In this document: piece after piece, positions 63,792 through 64,000 of the stretch | How positions within the stretch are numbered: position 1 is the stretch's first letter | Layout: each line of letters starts with the position of its first letter | Assembly (NCBI RefSeq): GCF_003334385.1 | Contig: NZ_QOWN01000022.1 | Strand: one strand, 5' to 3' | DNA: 64,000 nt | Origin: Escherichia coli | GTDB taxonomy: Bacteria > Pseudomonadota > Gammaproteobacteria > Enterobacterales > Enterobacteriaceae | Made by a program: the position numbers and the translations under genes | The notes under the pieces: generated by a model | What the model was told of the DNA's origin: nothing | What the model saw: the letters and a program-made list of their open reading frames with translations, nothing else | The model's database searches: none

Positions 63792-64000
63792 ATGAAATCC
63801 ATGGGCAAAATTTCAACAGGCATTGCCTACGGCACCTCCGCAGGCAGTGCTGGCTACTGGTTTTTACAGTTGCTCGATAGAGTAACTCCGTCACAGTGGG
63901 CTGCAATCGGTGTGCTGGGTAGTCTGGTATTTGGCCTGCTGACGTACCTGACAAACCTTTATTTCAAGATTAAAGAAGATAAGCGCAAGGCTGCGAGAGG
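63792..64000 (+). CDS. S21-type class II holin (pinholin), 3' end beyond window
   Basis: [70 protein letters not shown]. It has a dual-start motif (Met1/Met4), two TM segments and SD gaggtgagg; closely resembles phage 21 S / EssD. Confidence 0.88.
   Translation, partial: MKSMGKISTGIAYGTSAGSAGYWFLQLLDRVTPSQWAAIGVLGSLVFGLLTYLTNLYFKIKEDKRKAAR

Larger units (their letters stand above)
44029..64000. mobile_element. Rac-type lambdoid prophage (left end to lysis cassette; right end beyond window)
   Basis: Contiguous phage modules: integrase/excisionase, RecET recombination, kil, sieB, CI/Cro-like switch with operators, O/P-like replication genes, nin/Q-equivalent genes and holin. It is integrated next to ttcA. 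Confidence 0.93.

Overview
This window is an Escherichia coli chromosomal segment, recognised from my recollection of the encoded proteins and gene order; no database search was possible. Positions 1-44 kb are core genome: puuE 3' end, pspF/pspABCDE, the ycjMNOPQRSTUV-ompG sugar cluster, ycjW, ycjX-ycjF, tyrR, tpx, ycjG-mpaA, a decayed ymjC region, ycjY, pgrR, mppA, ynaI, ynaJ, uspE, fnr, ogt, abgTBA/abgR, sRNA mcaS, smrA, dgcM, zntB, sRNA fnrS, dbpA and ttcA. From about 44.03 kb to the window end lies a Rac-type lambdoid prophage integrated in the 5' end of ttcA. Its left arm matches K-12 Rac as I recall it: intR, xisR, ydaC, ralR, recT, recE, racC, ydaE, kilR, sieB, ydaF, ydaG, racR, ydaS, ydaT, ydaU, ydaV. 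Its right arm is not K-12-like and appears more complete, with a full-length DUF1627-like gene, DUF1367-like, YbcO-like and Q-like genes, and an S21-type pinholin. The strongest candidate for a novel system is a visibly AT-rich two-gene cassette at 56283-59676, inserted between the replication genes and the nin/Q-equivalent genes. It encodes a classical-clade AAA+ ATPase whose stop overlaps the start of a large, signal-peptide-less S8 subtilisin-like serine protease, and it ends in its own terminator. I read this as a prophage-borne anti-phage defence module; the gene pair resembles what I recall as IetAS, whose mechanism is uncharacterised. A second accessory locus at 62566-63540 encodes two tandem lipoproteins whose mature parts mimic TolA domain III, sitting in the moron slot between the Q terminator and the holin. 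Other observations: RacR-type operator arrays with identical 25/26-bp spacing at PL and PR; a 30-bp direct repeat bracketing ymjC-ycjY-pgrR next to mpaA and mppA; a proline-rich 57-codon ORF upstream of dbpA; and an intact ycjV. No CRISPR array, rRNA gene or convincing tRNA gene was seen.
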